A DNA stretch of 63,313 bases, counting the filler, from Choristocarpus tenellus KU-1152 (lineage: Eukaryota > Protista > Phaeophyceae): assembly GCA_964200185.2 (NCBI GenBank). It is 10 parts of 10 records of this genome, joined end to end, with 100 filler letters (N's around TTAATTAATTAA, not from the genome) between each part and the next. Parts side by side here need not be neighbours in the genome. Positions count along the whole stretch, not along the records: positions 34,792 to 39,136 come from CAXNAD020015001.1; positions 39,237 to 43,828 come from CAXNAD020013877.1; positions 43,929 to 47,647 come from CAXNAD020018319.1; positions 47,748 to 53,152 come from CAXNAD020010888.1; 6 more parts are not named here. One strand, given 5' to 3'. The translations under genes and the position numbers were made by a program. The notes below the pieces were generated by a model. It made no database searches. It had not been told where the DNA came from and worked only from the letters and a program-made list of their open reading frames with translations. This document shows, piece after piece, positions 37,822 to 51,300 of this stretch; position 1 is the first letter of the stretch; each line of letters opens with the position of its first letter.

Positions 37822-39236
37822 GGCAGTGGTAGAGGGTGGTGGGGGGGGGAAGTGAACTTTTGTAACGAAGAGTTAGAGCGTCGGAATTCACTGCGTTGTT
37901 TTGGTGGGGGTAATGGTCCATCAATCAATTTATTAGGTAGCGAGAAAGGGAAGGTTGTTGAGCTTGCGAGTGAATTTTACCTTTATGGTGGATGGGTATG
38001 CCATTCTGTCACTAATGCGTAATGTAGTTCTGCCACACAAATGGAAATATCATGTTGCTTAGAGTAAATTAAGGAAGTAAGTGGTGCCAATACTGCTCCT
38101 ATGTCAGCCCCTCCCATTGTTGCCATTAGGTCAGGTCAGAGGGTGGGGTTGACAAGGACTACAAGCGGATTGTTGGACACATTAGTGTGTTGAGGTGCAG
38201 GAATACGACTTTCGTGTCTACATGTTCTGCTTTCCTGCTCTAAGTGTTGACGTTGTACCATTGGTTCGATGCATTCGTTGTTTTTGTGTCTTTATTTTTT
38301 GTGAGCAGTGGGAAACCGTGTCTTAAAAAGAGCATTTTCACAGGCTTAAGTCCCTGATTAATCTGTGATTCTCGAACCCTTCAGCTGTCTTGGAAGTCGG
38401 CAGTCAGTGGAGCAGTCGAACACTTTGCATTTACACCAAACAAAAAACAGTAGAAGTCCTTCCAAATACAACTTCAATATTTTTTTTTCTTAGGCATACT
38501 GTATTGCTGACGGAACGAAGTCCCTATTTGAAAAATAACACCTGACGGAGAAAATATCTTGAAAAAACTGGTGGAATTGGGAATCTTCTTTTTTCAATTT
38601 CTATGAATTCAAAGGTCAAGTCTCCCATTTTTGAGAAAGAGCTGGTCTCGTGAGATTAGTATTATTTAAATTCGTATTGAATTTGGAATGTGCTCCCAGG
38701 ACAAGAAGAAGAAGAAAATGACTTTTGTTGGTGATCTTATTTTGGCACTTTCTTCATGTCCCATCCTAAGGTATTTTCAAGTACTTTGCAGGCGTTTGTT
38801 CATGGTGTGGAAAAATTCCAGGTTCTTTTTTTCTCCATTCTACTTCAGATGTACTACTATTGTGATTTGGATGTATAATGGTTATGTGGCAAATCTTCAT
38901 GACTCGTCACTTTCTTCAATAATGGGTATTGATGTGACAGTTTGATACTGAATTGGTCGCACATTCTTTTTCTTTTTATGACCTTTTTTTTTCCAACCGT
39001 TGGCAACAAGTTGCCCATTGATTGGAACACCCTGTAGGTTTCTACCCCCCCCCCCTCTACTTCTTTTCATACACTGCAGCTCACCTGATACATTTCCCGA
39101 ACCCTTCCCCTCCCCCTCAATATTTCTTCTCCGACCNNNNNNNNNNNNNNNNNNNNNNNNNNNNNNNNNNNNNNNNNNNNTTAATTAATTAANNNNNNNN
39201 NNNNNNNNNNNNNNNNNNNNNNNNNNNNNNNNNNNN

Positions 39237-41440
39237 CTAGAAGACACGGCTGGTGGTCTAGACATCGGTCTTGATGAGCTGCTGGGTGGCATCGCTCCGC
39301 CAACATCAAAGGGCAGTAGTGCGAATACAGGGCCTTCACCTGCCCAACGCGAGTCTATTGGGTTGGATCTGGAGGAACTGTTGGGTTCGTCGGTTCCGCA
39401 GCGATCACCCCCACCTTCTAGGAATATCGCAAGGGACGACTGGGGGGGGCAATCAAGTTCGGGGGGCGGGCAACGGTCCTCTTACCCCCCACAATCTTCC
39501 ACTGACGGTCCAAGTGGAAGAGGACCTGAGAAGGCAGTCAGTGGTGGCCGTTCTGTGTCCTATATCGAGGTTGACGAGTCTGCCGCTGAGCCGGTGATTA
39601 ACAAGGATGTTGACAAGGCAACTGTAGACCTCTTAGCACGACGTGGCATCGAGACTTTTACGCCAGTGCAGGTGAGAGTCCTTCCTCATCAGAGTTGTAG
39701 ACAGCGGGGAAGGTGTGTTCTATCTCTTCTAGGTGTTTGAGATTAGCTCCCCCAATACGGTTGGATGGAGTTTTTAGCGTCGAGCTCTTTGTCCAGATTG
39801 CGTCCAGGGCATAGCGTCATCAACAACTGGCACGGAAAATGCTGTCGTGTTTTAGAGGACGTAGTGAAAGCGAATGTTGGAGTTCGAGTTTTTCAACTTG
39901 TCAAGGGTATGTTAAAGTCCTGAAGTTTACATCTCCAACCAGAATCGCCATTTGCAACTTCGCTCTTCTCAGGGTGTACCAGGACCTACACAAGTGTTCA
40001 CCTACCACTGCCCTGTGACCCCTCATTTGTATACTTGTCCAGGCAACAACATACGACCACATTTTGTCGGGTCGAGACATTATTGGAAAATCTCGCACGG
40101 GGACGGGAAAGACCATTGCATTCGGTCTCCCAGTCATCCAGCAACTGGCACGGTTTGCCGAGGATCACCAAACAAGGAAGTCCATTCGTGGTAGATCCCC
40201 TCGCTTTCTTGTCGTTTGCCCCACCCGAGAGCTGGCCCGTCAGGTGAGAAAAGATCTTTTATATGCACTCTTGTCCCATTTCTGTTGTTTCATAGCCACA
40301 GGTTCCCACTTGAGCAAAGAAATGTGTCGCTCAGGTCCTCGCATCAATTTTTCGATCTCTACACCGTATTATACGAATTTCAGTGATGTGCGGAGAGTCT
40401 TGACAATGCATGTCGATCATGGCAACATGTGACTGTGGCATCAGTCATTGGTAGAAACACACTTGGTACCACAGCTTTGGTCCTGTTGTTACCTCGCCCC
40501 TTCAGCCCTTAGACGACCAGTGACATATTGCAGGCCTTGTGTGTACTCTGTTTACATTTTCGATCTCTTACACAGTACGTGACTTTAATCTTCTTCATGC
40601 ATATGGAGCATGTGGGCGCTTGTCCTTGCCCTCTTAATCCTGGTTGTTGTCGATACCACTACCCAATAACACAAGTAGTGACAGGAGGTTGTTGTGGCCA
40701 GCTCTAGTTGTACAAGCGTTGATTCTATGTTCATTTCGAAAGCGAAAGGCTGTAGAGTGCTCGGGCTTACAATTTTGTTGCATCCTCCAGAAGTGTAAGG
40801 GGATAAGGAGTGCCACAGAGCTGTTGCACACCCATGCTATCATCGCAGACAGGTTTCATAGCATGATCCCATTTTTGCATGTCTGAAAGGCTTGTGGCAC
40901 ATAATAGTTTGTACAGGTGGTGGTGCATAAAACTGTGAAAAAGCTAGACAGCCATATCTTTTTCCCAAGAATTTTACCCCCCGTTGTGTACCCACAACAC
41001 TTTGACACGTTAATTTTCTTACGCTTGACTCCTCCCAGCCCTGTCTTCCTTGAACTGAGACTACTGATCCCCTGTATCATGCATATTCTTGCAACTCCCC
41101 ACCCTATATATACTCAAGATCCTATGCACGGATGGATACCTTGATTGGTTGTTGTGAGGACAGCTCTAATTTTTTTTATCATCAATCTTCATGTTGCTGC
41201 TTTTTGTCACTTTAAATTTTGAAATCTTGTTATCTCTGACAGGTATACGAGGAACTAGCCACCCTGTCCCGTCCCCATGGTCTCAGGGCTGAGGTGTTCC
41301 ACGGAGGCGTTTCATACTTGCCGCAAGAGAATGCCCTTCGTTCCGGGCTGGACGTTCTTGTGGCAACGCCTGGGCGGGTTATTGACCACCTTCAAAGAGG
41401 CACCCTGACATTGAACGATGTGAGGCACGCCGTGCTGGAC

Positions 41441-41472
<32 letters not shown>

Positions 41473-42061
41473 AGAAGACATCGAAAACATCTTCTCCTAC
41501 ATTAACGTGAGATGAATGGAATAATATGGATGGATTGAAGTAGGGAAGGGGTTAGAGGCGGGCAGGTGGGTAACAGTAGTAAGCTGTTGGCATGCATGTT
41601 CACTCGAAAGTAATAGATGCTGTCTGCAATGTGCCTTGTACTATCAGGACATTTGAGGAAAATGTGTTGGCAAGGAAGGGTGATTTCAGGAGAAGTGAGG
41701 AGTGTAGTGTAGTGAGGAAGGGCGTGGTTGTTTGATTTGGTAGGGCGGAGGCTGTTTACAGGGAGGTTTCTGTTGTCTGTGTGAAAAATTCAAAACTTGA
41801 GGACGCTTTGGTTTTTGATTTTCTGCAGTGTTACACAAGCGGACGACAAGATTAGTATCGAGTTGGGGAAGAGATATCATAATGAATGCCCTCTTTAAGA
41901 GAGATCTCCTCGATACTCTCTCCTCGCGTGCCGCCCTTCCTATTTGCCAGGTCCAGGATTGTCAAGTGCTTCTGTTCAGTGCAACGGTGCCAAGCTGGGT
42001 CAAGAACATCTCCAGGCAGTACACGGACAATCCTCTCACTGTGGACGCTGTTGGTAATGCG
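39237..42061 (+). CDS. DEAD-box RNA helicase, DDX21/DDX50/RH3-like, partial (N- and C-termini not in contig)
   Basis: Exons <39237-39671, 40043-40243, 41243-41506 and 41951-42061. Motifs seen: Q motif GIETFTPVQ, motif I SRTGTGKT, Ia [21 protein letters not shown] and [10 protein letters not shown]. Confidence 0.93.
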
Positions 42062-42065
42062 GTGA

Positions 42066-42180
42066 GTATGTATGTATGTATGTATGTATGTATTATGTAT
42101 GTATGTATGTATGTATGTATGTATGTATGTATGTATGTGTGTATTATGTATTTATTATGTATGTATGTGTGTATTATGTA
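42066..42180. repeat. Interrupted (ATGT)n microsatellite immediately after a splice donor
   Basis: Direct observation. Confidence 0.92.
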
Positions 42181-45100
42181 TTTTAATGAAGTGTCGGTGT
42201 GTGTTTATATATATGTACGAGACATGACTGTGCCCCTCTAGTTCTCTTCCAGAGAGTTGGGTACATGCTTCTATACAGGGGTGTACCCGTTTTTGTCACA
42301 ACTCTTGTCGAAATCGTTTTTTTCTTTTTTAAAGGGGGGCAGTCTCAAGCAGTGGGTTATTTTTTGATCTTAACTTGATTGGCCATCGCAGTCTTTCATT
42401 CGTGGAGGGCCAGAGGGCACCACATTTGCCCCCACCAACTCTGGGTTGCCTCACCTGGTTGCATCACCTACTACTTTGGCGAAATAGTTTGATGTATGTG
42501 GTCTGAAGCTCCCTGCTTCCCGAACTGATTCTCTTTATTGTGTGTAGTTTTGTACGATTTCTTTTTGATTATTGAGTGTGAAAAAATGTTTTCGATGCAG
42601 AGCCGTCAAAGCAATGTTGAAGTTGAAGTTGAAGTTGAGACGTTGCGGTGCTGATGTTCTTCTTTTCGTTTTGTAAGTTGGTTTTTCTTTTTTGATCTCT
42701 CTTTCTCTTGGACTCTCTCTTTGTGTACATGTATGTGTGTAAGTGTGTGTGATTCTTGCTAGCAGGCCCCTCTTACCTCAAAAGAAAAGAAAATAGGCGT
42801 TAGTTAGTTTGTGTTCTTTTTATCATGCATATACCTTTGTATCTCTAGACAGGGGGTTCTTGAGGCTGTGAAAGTAAACGTGAACGGCAAAGTCTGCAGT
42901 CCTAACAGACAGCAATACTCTCGGACATGCTTTGTACTGGGTTGGACAAGCGTTGGAATCGTACTGTACAGTCTTAAATGTTGTTGGACAGATCTGTACC
43001 AGTTCCAACAAGTCTTGAACTTGTCCTTGCCACGGAGGACCGACAGGTTCCAAAATTGTCGGTTACCTTAGGACAGGGTCTGTCAGGTAACCGGAACTGA
43101 ACTTGACGAACTGCGGCTGGATTAAAACATATCTGGTACATTTTAATAGTGTGCTACCAGTCCGGTCTCGTTCTGGTTGGTTAGTTCCATCGTAATGACA
43201 GGGGGAAAAAAGGTGTGGTTCAAGGTCTATATAAGAACATGCGCGTGCGTTCCTGAATGTACTGGCGAGAACCGCCTGAAGTACTTGGAGTGGACCGTTT
43301 CAGGTTGAATTTTCTTTCTTTTTTTTTCTGAGGTTTTCATCTCTTGTTTTCAACATTGACTATTATATTAGACCAAAATATGCATGGTACCTCTTTTTTT
43401 CGAATGAGGTCAGTCTGTGGTGGTCAAATTCTTGTCAAATTTGGCAAGGTGATGGGCTGACTTGCGTCCATGGCCTGGAACTGGGCTGTGCTATAATTGC
43501 CTGGGTTGATGTAAAGGCCATGGTGTTTTCCTTTTTTCAGGGGTGGGGGGAGGGGATGGAGGGGTGGAGATTCACTTTTCAAGTGTGTGGTAGGTGGTTA
43601 CAGATTGACGTGAATGAACCTTTTTAACCTTTGGATCAGCATTGGGTTGCTTACTAGTCAGAAGTTCGGAGGACACCTTTTGAGAGACAGTGGTTGTTCC
43701 CTTGTTTTGTCAGCCCTAATGTGCACATGTTGTTGGTGTTTCCCTCTATTCATTAAGCACTCCATGGGTCAAGCACAAGGGGACGCTGGCATTGCTGACG
43801 GAAGAAAGAGATGCTATGTAATGATGGGNNNNNNNNNNNNNNNNNNNNNNNNNNNNNNNNNNNNNNNNNNNNTTAATTAATTAANNNNNNNNNNNNNNNN
43901 NNNNNNNNNNNNNNNNNNNNNNNNNNNNCCACAGCAACAACTGCGAGTAGAACATAATTTTTTCATGCCCAATGACACCTTGCAGACGGTATTGTCATGA
44001 TCATACCGGTATCATTGGCTTATCATTCTGGGATGTAACTGTGAAAACTTCTGCACAGCAAGGCCTTTGCTGTGTAATCAATGCAGACTCCACTGTTGTG
44101 TGCGTTCTCTTGGATGAAGTTTCTTTCTCCACCATGACAGCATCTGCAAAGCACATCTTTATGCATGAAGTTAGTAGTGTACATAGATTGTCTGCAGGTT
44201 GTCTATTTAGCATATTTGACACATATTCAATAGAGTGATTGAAAGTGATAGATTGAACAGGCCAATCTTAGACCTTCAAGCAGGTGTTCTTGTCTCATGT
44301 ATGATGCATTATGCATTTTGTGGTCGTTGTGCACATTCTCTGAGGTTAAGTTCGCCGATTCCATCAGGACACGGACCACTGAGCAAATAATGTCACTTCC
44401 TACATGCACATACACGCATGCTAAAGAAAAGGTTACTGCTCCACTCTTACCTCGAGCACCTGCCAAAGTGTAGATTTGTGTTTGAGAGCCGTCACCACAT
44501 GGATTGAAAATGGGTAAACAAGCATAAATTGAGTGTGCTAAGTACTATAGGTCTGTAGCACATCGGTTCTTTCTCTAATAGGATTACATTCCCAAGTTGA
44601 AGGACACAACAATAAATATATAAATGACAACATGGGAAAGTGAATATCTCCAAAATCTGTACCTCTTACATCCCACTGATGGGTCCTAGTACAATGTATG
44701 TGAGGTCAACTTTCTTCAAAGCAAAAACAAAAATCAGACTATAGTGTTGGCATTAAAATAAAATAGTAGACAGTATTAAGAGCCAATGAGATACACAACT
44801 CAGTGTATTCTATGTCCATCCCGGAAAAAAATTGAAAACAACCCCCCCTAACCCTAGCCCACCCAATCTTCGCACCACTACTACAAGGAGCACAAGCAAG
44901 CACAAGCAAGCACAACGCCTCTCTCATTGCCTCCACAATCTTACAAAATCCTTACCTTACACCTCTCTGCATGATTTCCATTCTTATCACAACCATAGAA
45001 TCCCTCGGCCAACCAAACAAGTGTCTAACATAACCCTAACCCTAACTCTGAACAGCCGGGAACAGTACCAAAAACTGAGAAAGCATATATTACGTACACA

Positions 45101-45789
45101 CACACATTTATGTCCGTAGCGTCCCAGCCTAACTGTCTCCAGTTGAAGGAGAAGGTGTGCTTGTTGAGGGAAGAGTGACTGCAGTCAGGCAAAAACAAGC
45201 AACATGCTGAGCACAGTAACCTGGATACTAAGTTACAGTCGGTTTGGGAGGAAGGCAGTGCTATTCATATGGTAGAGGACCAAGAGCAAGTAGGAGACAA
45301 AGGTGTACAGGTGTGGCCACAAAAGAGTGGAAAGTCTGCAAGGGCATTCTCCAACCTCACATTGAAGTGTAAGGTCACTGGTATTCTTGAACATGCAACC
45401 TGGTCCACAGAAGACAAAGGAAAGCACCTCCTGCATGGTAACCCCATCCAATCAAATCAACACTGCACGAACTCAATGAAAATTTGCCTGCAATACTCCA
45501 ATGCAGACAAGAGGACGTCTCTTACTGCCCTGCAATAGTTTTTCTACATTCAAGCATTGCAGCGAAAGTCTATCGAGTCGGCGTAGTGTTGATCGGATCT
45601 GGTCTTACAACACCTTTCTGCACCGAAACATTTCAGGGAAATTTCATTGAGTAGGCATAGTGTTGATCGGTTGATCGGATTGGTTCGCCAATCGGCTGTG
45701 ACTTAGCTGACAGCTCATGAGTCGTTTTGCTTAGTCTTCTGTGAACTAGGTTGCACGCTCAAGGATTCCAGTGACAATAAATAGACTCG

Positions 45790-47210
45790 AATGCAAGATC
45801 GGACTGCGCTTCCTCACCTGCAGATCCTGGCTGGCCGCCATACGGCATTTTGTACAGTGCTTCTTTTCCGCGGCTTATGACGAATGATCAAGATGTGTCT
45901 ACTGGTTACACATGGTGCGTTCCTCTCCGTATATTCAAGCCCTTCCTTCCACCTGATAAAAACCTTGGGGCACAAAGCTCCACTTGTATCGTTCCACCTC
46001 TCCATCAGCATCCACCTTGAAGACAGTCTTGGTACCTACTACCTTCTGATCCTCAGGTTGTTGAACTTGGGTCCGAATATTGCTCTTGACCGATTCATTC
46101 ATCTCGGATTTCAGTGCCGCTTCCCAGTGTCTGGCCTCTGGTGAAGACATTGGTTGAGCTAGGGTCTTGGGTACTGGAGACAAGTTTTTGGCTTGTCCCT
46201 CTGGCATCGAGAGGGTGGATATGGTGAGTACGTTTTCTAGTTGGCCTCCTTCACCTTCAGGTATTCCGTCCTTCACTCCTTCAATCTTGGAAAGCTAGGA
46301 TGCCTTCATTGACTTGATTTCCATGTGGTGTCACACATCGAGCAGTCGCGCTTCTTGGCTCCTTGTTGTCACCCCACTACTGGCTCCTGTCTCTGGTCAC
46401 AGTTCTCTACCAGTTACTTTGGGAACCATGCTTGTCTCATATGGACTACTTGAGCAGTCTCGGGCTCGTCTTCGTCTTCTTCACAACAGGGTGAACACTT
46501 CTACAGAATGATGTTGAAGGTCCGTTGATTTGTTGTCACTACTGTGGCGCACTCTGCTGTCCTTTGTCAAACACATGTCAAGGTAGCCCAATTTTGTATT
46601 GTTCCTACTATTCCTCAGTCACTCTCTAGTGGGTGTACACTTATACCACCAATCCAAATACAAAGTGAACAAAAAACACTAACTTCTCCATTGCAACACC
46701 AGTCAAGACCAAACTCACCTCCGGATCACCGACCTCCTAGCCGACAATGCTCGAACATTCAATTCCACTGTGGCAACTGCAGACCTCAACTCAATTAGCA
46801 ATTGCCAGGCCCCTCTCTGCGTCACCAACGCCTGGCTACGGATTAGAAGTTTGGAGGTTGGAGGTTGCACATATTTCAGGCCAATACAAAGCACACATAG
46901 TTCTGAGTAGATGCAGTACAGGATTGGGAATTTTGGAGATTTTACATGACCTGGGGATGGTAACATATCAACATTGGAGTTCGTGGTGGGTGTCAAAGAA
47001 AGGTTGCCCATTTAATGCGAATTCCCAGTGTGTGCAGTGGATATTTGGCGTTGTCAGTGCAGGTGGAGGAGGGTCGGCTGGTCATGAGGGCTTGTTTGAA
47101 GGTAGGAACAATAGCAATCACTCGGGAGAAGGACCCTGGACATGGTGAGAAATGCTGGAAGGAGTGCTCCTGTGAGATAGGCCAGATCCAGTCATTTTGG
47201 ACCTAGCAAA
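45790..47210 (-). mobile_element. Ty1/Copia LTR retrotransposon pol remnant
   Basis: ORF 45935-46276 reads SPEARHWEAALKSEMNES...PEDQKVVGTKTVFKVDADGEVERYKWSFVPQGFYQVEG, the N-terminus of Copia reverse transcriptase (RVT_2). Upstream frames are degraded and the boundaries are approximate. Confidence 0.8.
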
Positions 47211-47747
47211 TACCCCAAAAATCAATACCTTTGATGTTGTCAATTGGTACTACCTCCTACACACTTCGATATTCAGAAGTGTTCACATCCCGGCCAATCC
47301 ACACACTTCACATTGTGATTGTGTAGTACACCCCAACCAGGACAATGATGCTATCGATGACAACGTATAATCGTTACAAGGACTTGCTCAGGAATGAATC
47401 TACCATCTTCTAGATTTCTCTTCTCCCACACAGATAATCACATCACCCTCTCCTCTATGAAGAATCCTCCTAGTACTCTGGAACACACCCTACTGGCACT
47501 TCATCTCATTGCCCATCTCCACATACCAATCTGCAATTCTACCTCTTCTTCCTCACACAATAACCCGTCCCCTTTTTGTTCGTAGATAGTGCTGCTGATA
47601 CACTATAGACACCATCGGTGGAGTAGATTAGGAAATGCAGACACCACNNNNNNNNNNNNNNNNNNNNNNNNNNNNNNNNNNNNNNNNNNNNTTAATTAAT
47701 TAANNNNNNNNNNNNNNNNNNNNNNNNNNNNNNNNNNNNNNNNNNNN

Positions 47748-47855
47748 TTTTTCTTTCCTTGTATGGGTATAGTTAATGTTTTTTTTTTTTGTTGGCCCCA
47801 GCCGGACCCCTGGGGTGGCGCCCCCCCCCCCCCCCCCCCCCAGATACTTTGAGTC
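47748..47855. mobile_element. MITE subfamily B terminus at contig start
   Basis: C-run followed by CAGATACTTTGAGTC. Confidence 0.8.
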
Positions 47856-48399
47856 TGAAGCCAGTTTTTACCAGCACAAAACTCTTTGATGAGTGCACAG
47901 GCTCATTGCAGTTGGCTAAATGTCTGTAGCACTCTTTCTCAAGAATGCAGTTGCTTTTTGGTTAGTTCTCTGATATTGCATATTTTGGCGTATTATTCAA
48001 CACCAATATGAGAGGGCTGCTGCTCCTCTCTGGGTTGCCTACACTTTTGATGTGGCTATATGCCTTTTGACTAGTTTTGGCATTGTTAGTACTTCGTAGC
48101 ATCACTTTGGTTAGGGTTAGGGCCAGGGGTCATGGTGTGAAAAGCATAATTTAAAAGTGCGGTAATACTTTCATGTCACACAGTACTGTGGACCAGTCAG
48201 GTGTATCTGCCTCGCAATCTTGTTATTGCCTTAATGCATTTATCATCTTTGCTTTAATAGTGATAATTTGAAGTAAGAGTAATCATAATAATATGATATG
48301 TCGGCATCACTCTTTGGATTAATTTTAATATTGGCGTGATCAAATTATTCTATTTTTTTGGTGAAAATTTAGGTGGATACAGCAATGCACCTTGTACAG

Positions 48400-51300
48400 G
48401 ATTCGGCAAGATATTTAGTGGGGACCAGGACTCCCAAGGAAATCACATGAGTAGGAAGGAACTAAGGAAGGTGCATAGCTATATGTTAACATCGAAAAAT
48501 TCACTGCAAGAACTAGTTGTTGGATGATTGCCCATTTTGCATTGTGTTTTCTACTCCAACCCCCAACGTATGTTACAAGCTTTTGTCATGTATTTCTTCA
48601 CCCCTAGGATGTTACACAGGAGTGCTTTTGAATGGGCAGTGGGGCAAGGGGGAGGAATCTGCACTTACCTCCACCTGATTGGTCAATGGCTCATATTAGT
48701 CTCCCACAAGTGGTTTTCGTGTTGTGGAGTGCCACCCCCCCCCAATCCCCCCTGTTTGATGTGGATGTGGTTGCTTGTATTTAAAGCACATTATTGAGAG
48801 CAACTAAAGGCATTATCCGCTTAGAATGTGTACAGAGAAGGAATGCAAATTGTCAAGGCAATTTATACTTTGACTCTGGGGGGTGCCATCTACTGTTGGC
48901 AGTAGGCATGCAATATGTGGGTGAAGTTGAGACTGGGGGGGATCGCTTTGGAGAGGACAAAATATTTTGTTTTTATTCACATGTAAACTTCCAAGTGATG
49001 GGTATTGATAGTGTACATGCTGTGGACTACATGATGTTCTTAGAACAGAACAGTTGTTACGGGTATTTGTGTTTTGATGTATAACGGTATTATAGTCTTG
49101 TTAAGTTGTATGGTTTGTGGAGAAGGCTATCTCTGCTTTTTATTGTTGATTTTGGAGAAATATAGCCTAATTGAAGTATGCTGGGGTGTGGTGGGAGGGT
49201 TGAGTGTTTCATTGTGTAAGAATAGTGAGAGGAATTTGGAATGTTTATAGTATAAGATAGGATTTCTTTCTCTTCTGGTGTGAAAATTGGTTATTGAAAC
49301 TGGCTGATGGGTGTCTGTTGATGTAGATGGTTGGCATAACAAAACGATATAAAATTAGATGAAGTAGGTACAGCAGAAGTCAAGGGTGCTTGATACTTCT
49401 GCATGTTCTTCATTTACCTTGGTGAATTCAAACTATTGTTTTCTGAACAATTCATCCTACCTCCCCCACTCCCTCCCTCTATATACTCCTGAATACTATG
49501 TCATGACTACAGTCCATTCTGAATCTCCTTCAAGATACCCATTCATGTTTCGAGCGAATCCTTCAAAAGGACCTCACAGTAGAGGCGACAGCCATTGCAT
49601 CCATGGTGGACACTGCCATATCTGGTCTAGAGGTGAGGATATGGCATACTCCAACGTTCAGTGTTGATTGGTGGGTGGATTGGAGGAACAACTAGTATTA
49701 CTGATATATTGTCGCAGAAAATGGATATTGGCCTTGTTGAGGGCATAATCTAGAACCAGATTTTTATCTTCCTCACCCCCCCCCTCTCCCATTGCTATCC
49801 AAAATTCCCTTTGTTCATCATATTTATTGGGGGACTGCCTCTTTATCAGGAGAATGGATGGTTGAGGGATTGATAGGATGTGCAGTATGTGTAGATGAGG
49901 TGCTGAATCTTGCAAGTATTCCTTTGAGTGTTTCCTTTCTGGTAGATGTTTTTTGTAGCCTGGAAATACTCAAACAAAGGAGTGGTAAGATTAGGGCGGA
50001 AGTTGGGATTTTTCTTTTTTATAATTGAAAAACGGTGGGGGATCGAATGATCAGAATATGTCAGCAATTTTCTGTCCTCCCACAGCTATGATACGTTACA
50101 CTTTGTTTATCAAGGGCAGGGAAGACGATGCTGATCTACAGTGAGAGGCTACTTGCTGCATCTGAGCCAATGCATCGACAAGGGACCAATGTGGTGTTGT
50201 ACAGCAAAACTATATTTTCTCAGTATGCAACCTGCAACACCTTGCATTCCAACCTCCTGGGAAAAAACAGTGAATTGTATTGTTGTACTGTTTTTGTGAT
50301 GTTCACAGCTGCAACTTTGTTGATTTCAGCTTTCTGAACGATTCCCTATCCTGACTTCCTACTGAGGCTGTGCTTTGATTTTTTTAAAATCTCTTCCTCG
50401 CCCAGGCTAAGCGGACTGAGGCTGCTGGGCAGCACATGTCATTGTCAGCGTCTGTGAGTGCTGCTCTGGTTGGAAGGAACCAATGCCGGACACATGTCAA
50501 TGAAATTTCGAGACTCAAGGAAGAGTGGGGAGAGAAGTGTGGTTATGACTCAGAGCTAGTGCGACAAATGCAGGTAGACTCCCTCCTCTCCCTGCTGTTT
50601 GCCCTGTCGTCATGATGTGGTCTATCCCATTGCACCACCCCTGGGCTAATGCACTGTAAGTTAGCCCCTTGAGTTTTTACATCATTATCTAGAGTGAAGG
50701 GGTCATAATGTAACCAATTCCATAAATTGTATGGATTTGGTGCAAGGAAACGCAAAGGTGCTTCCTCTCCCTGTGCCTGGAGAGCCCTCGTCTTGTTAGA
50801 GGGATAACTCAAATGTTTTTAGTTAACTTGCTTTCAATTTGGGTTTCTTTTATGCTTTAAAATTGGATTGATATGGTACAATGTCTGGTAAGATCCTTGT
50901 CTTACCAATGAGTACTTTCGGATGGCATGGAAAATGACACATGTGTTCTATCAGGAATTACTGGTTCCTTGTTAGTGATAGGAGTTTTTTTATTAGATGG
51001 AGGTTAGTTTTAGGTGGAATGGGGTGACCAGTCTAAAGAGGGAGATATCTCTGTTGTAGCCATGAGATGTTGAAGCCACCATGCTGACAGTCTTTGAAAT
51101 TGATGGTTCCCTTCCACGCCTTTCTGTTGTTTTGTGTTGCATGCATTATTATTGCCTTAGCAACATGGCAAACTGGAACTTGTAGCACCCCCCCACCTCC
51201 CTCCCTCTCCAACCTGATTCTCCCTCTCCCCTTGCTATCACCTGTGCCACATCCATACTAAGTTGTCCTACCTTGCCTTCACCCAATGCACAATATGGAC

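Noticed and set aside
43929-44480. Possible transposase fragment on the minus strand
   Set aside because: No diagnostic motif could be identified with confidence.
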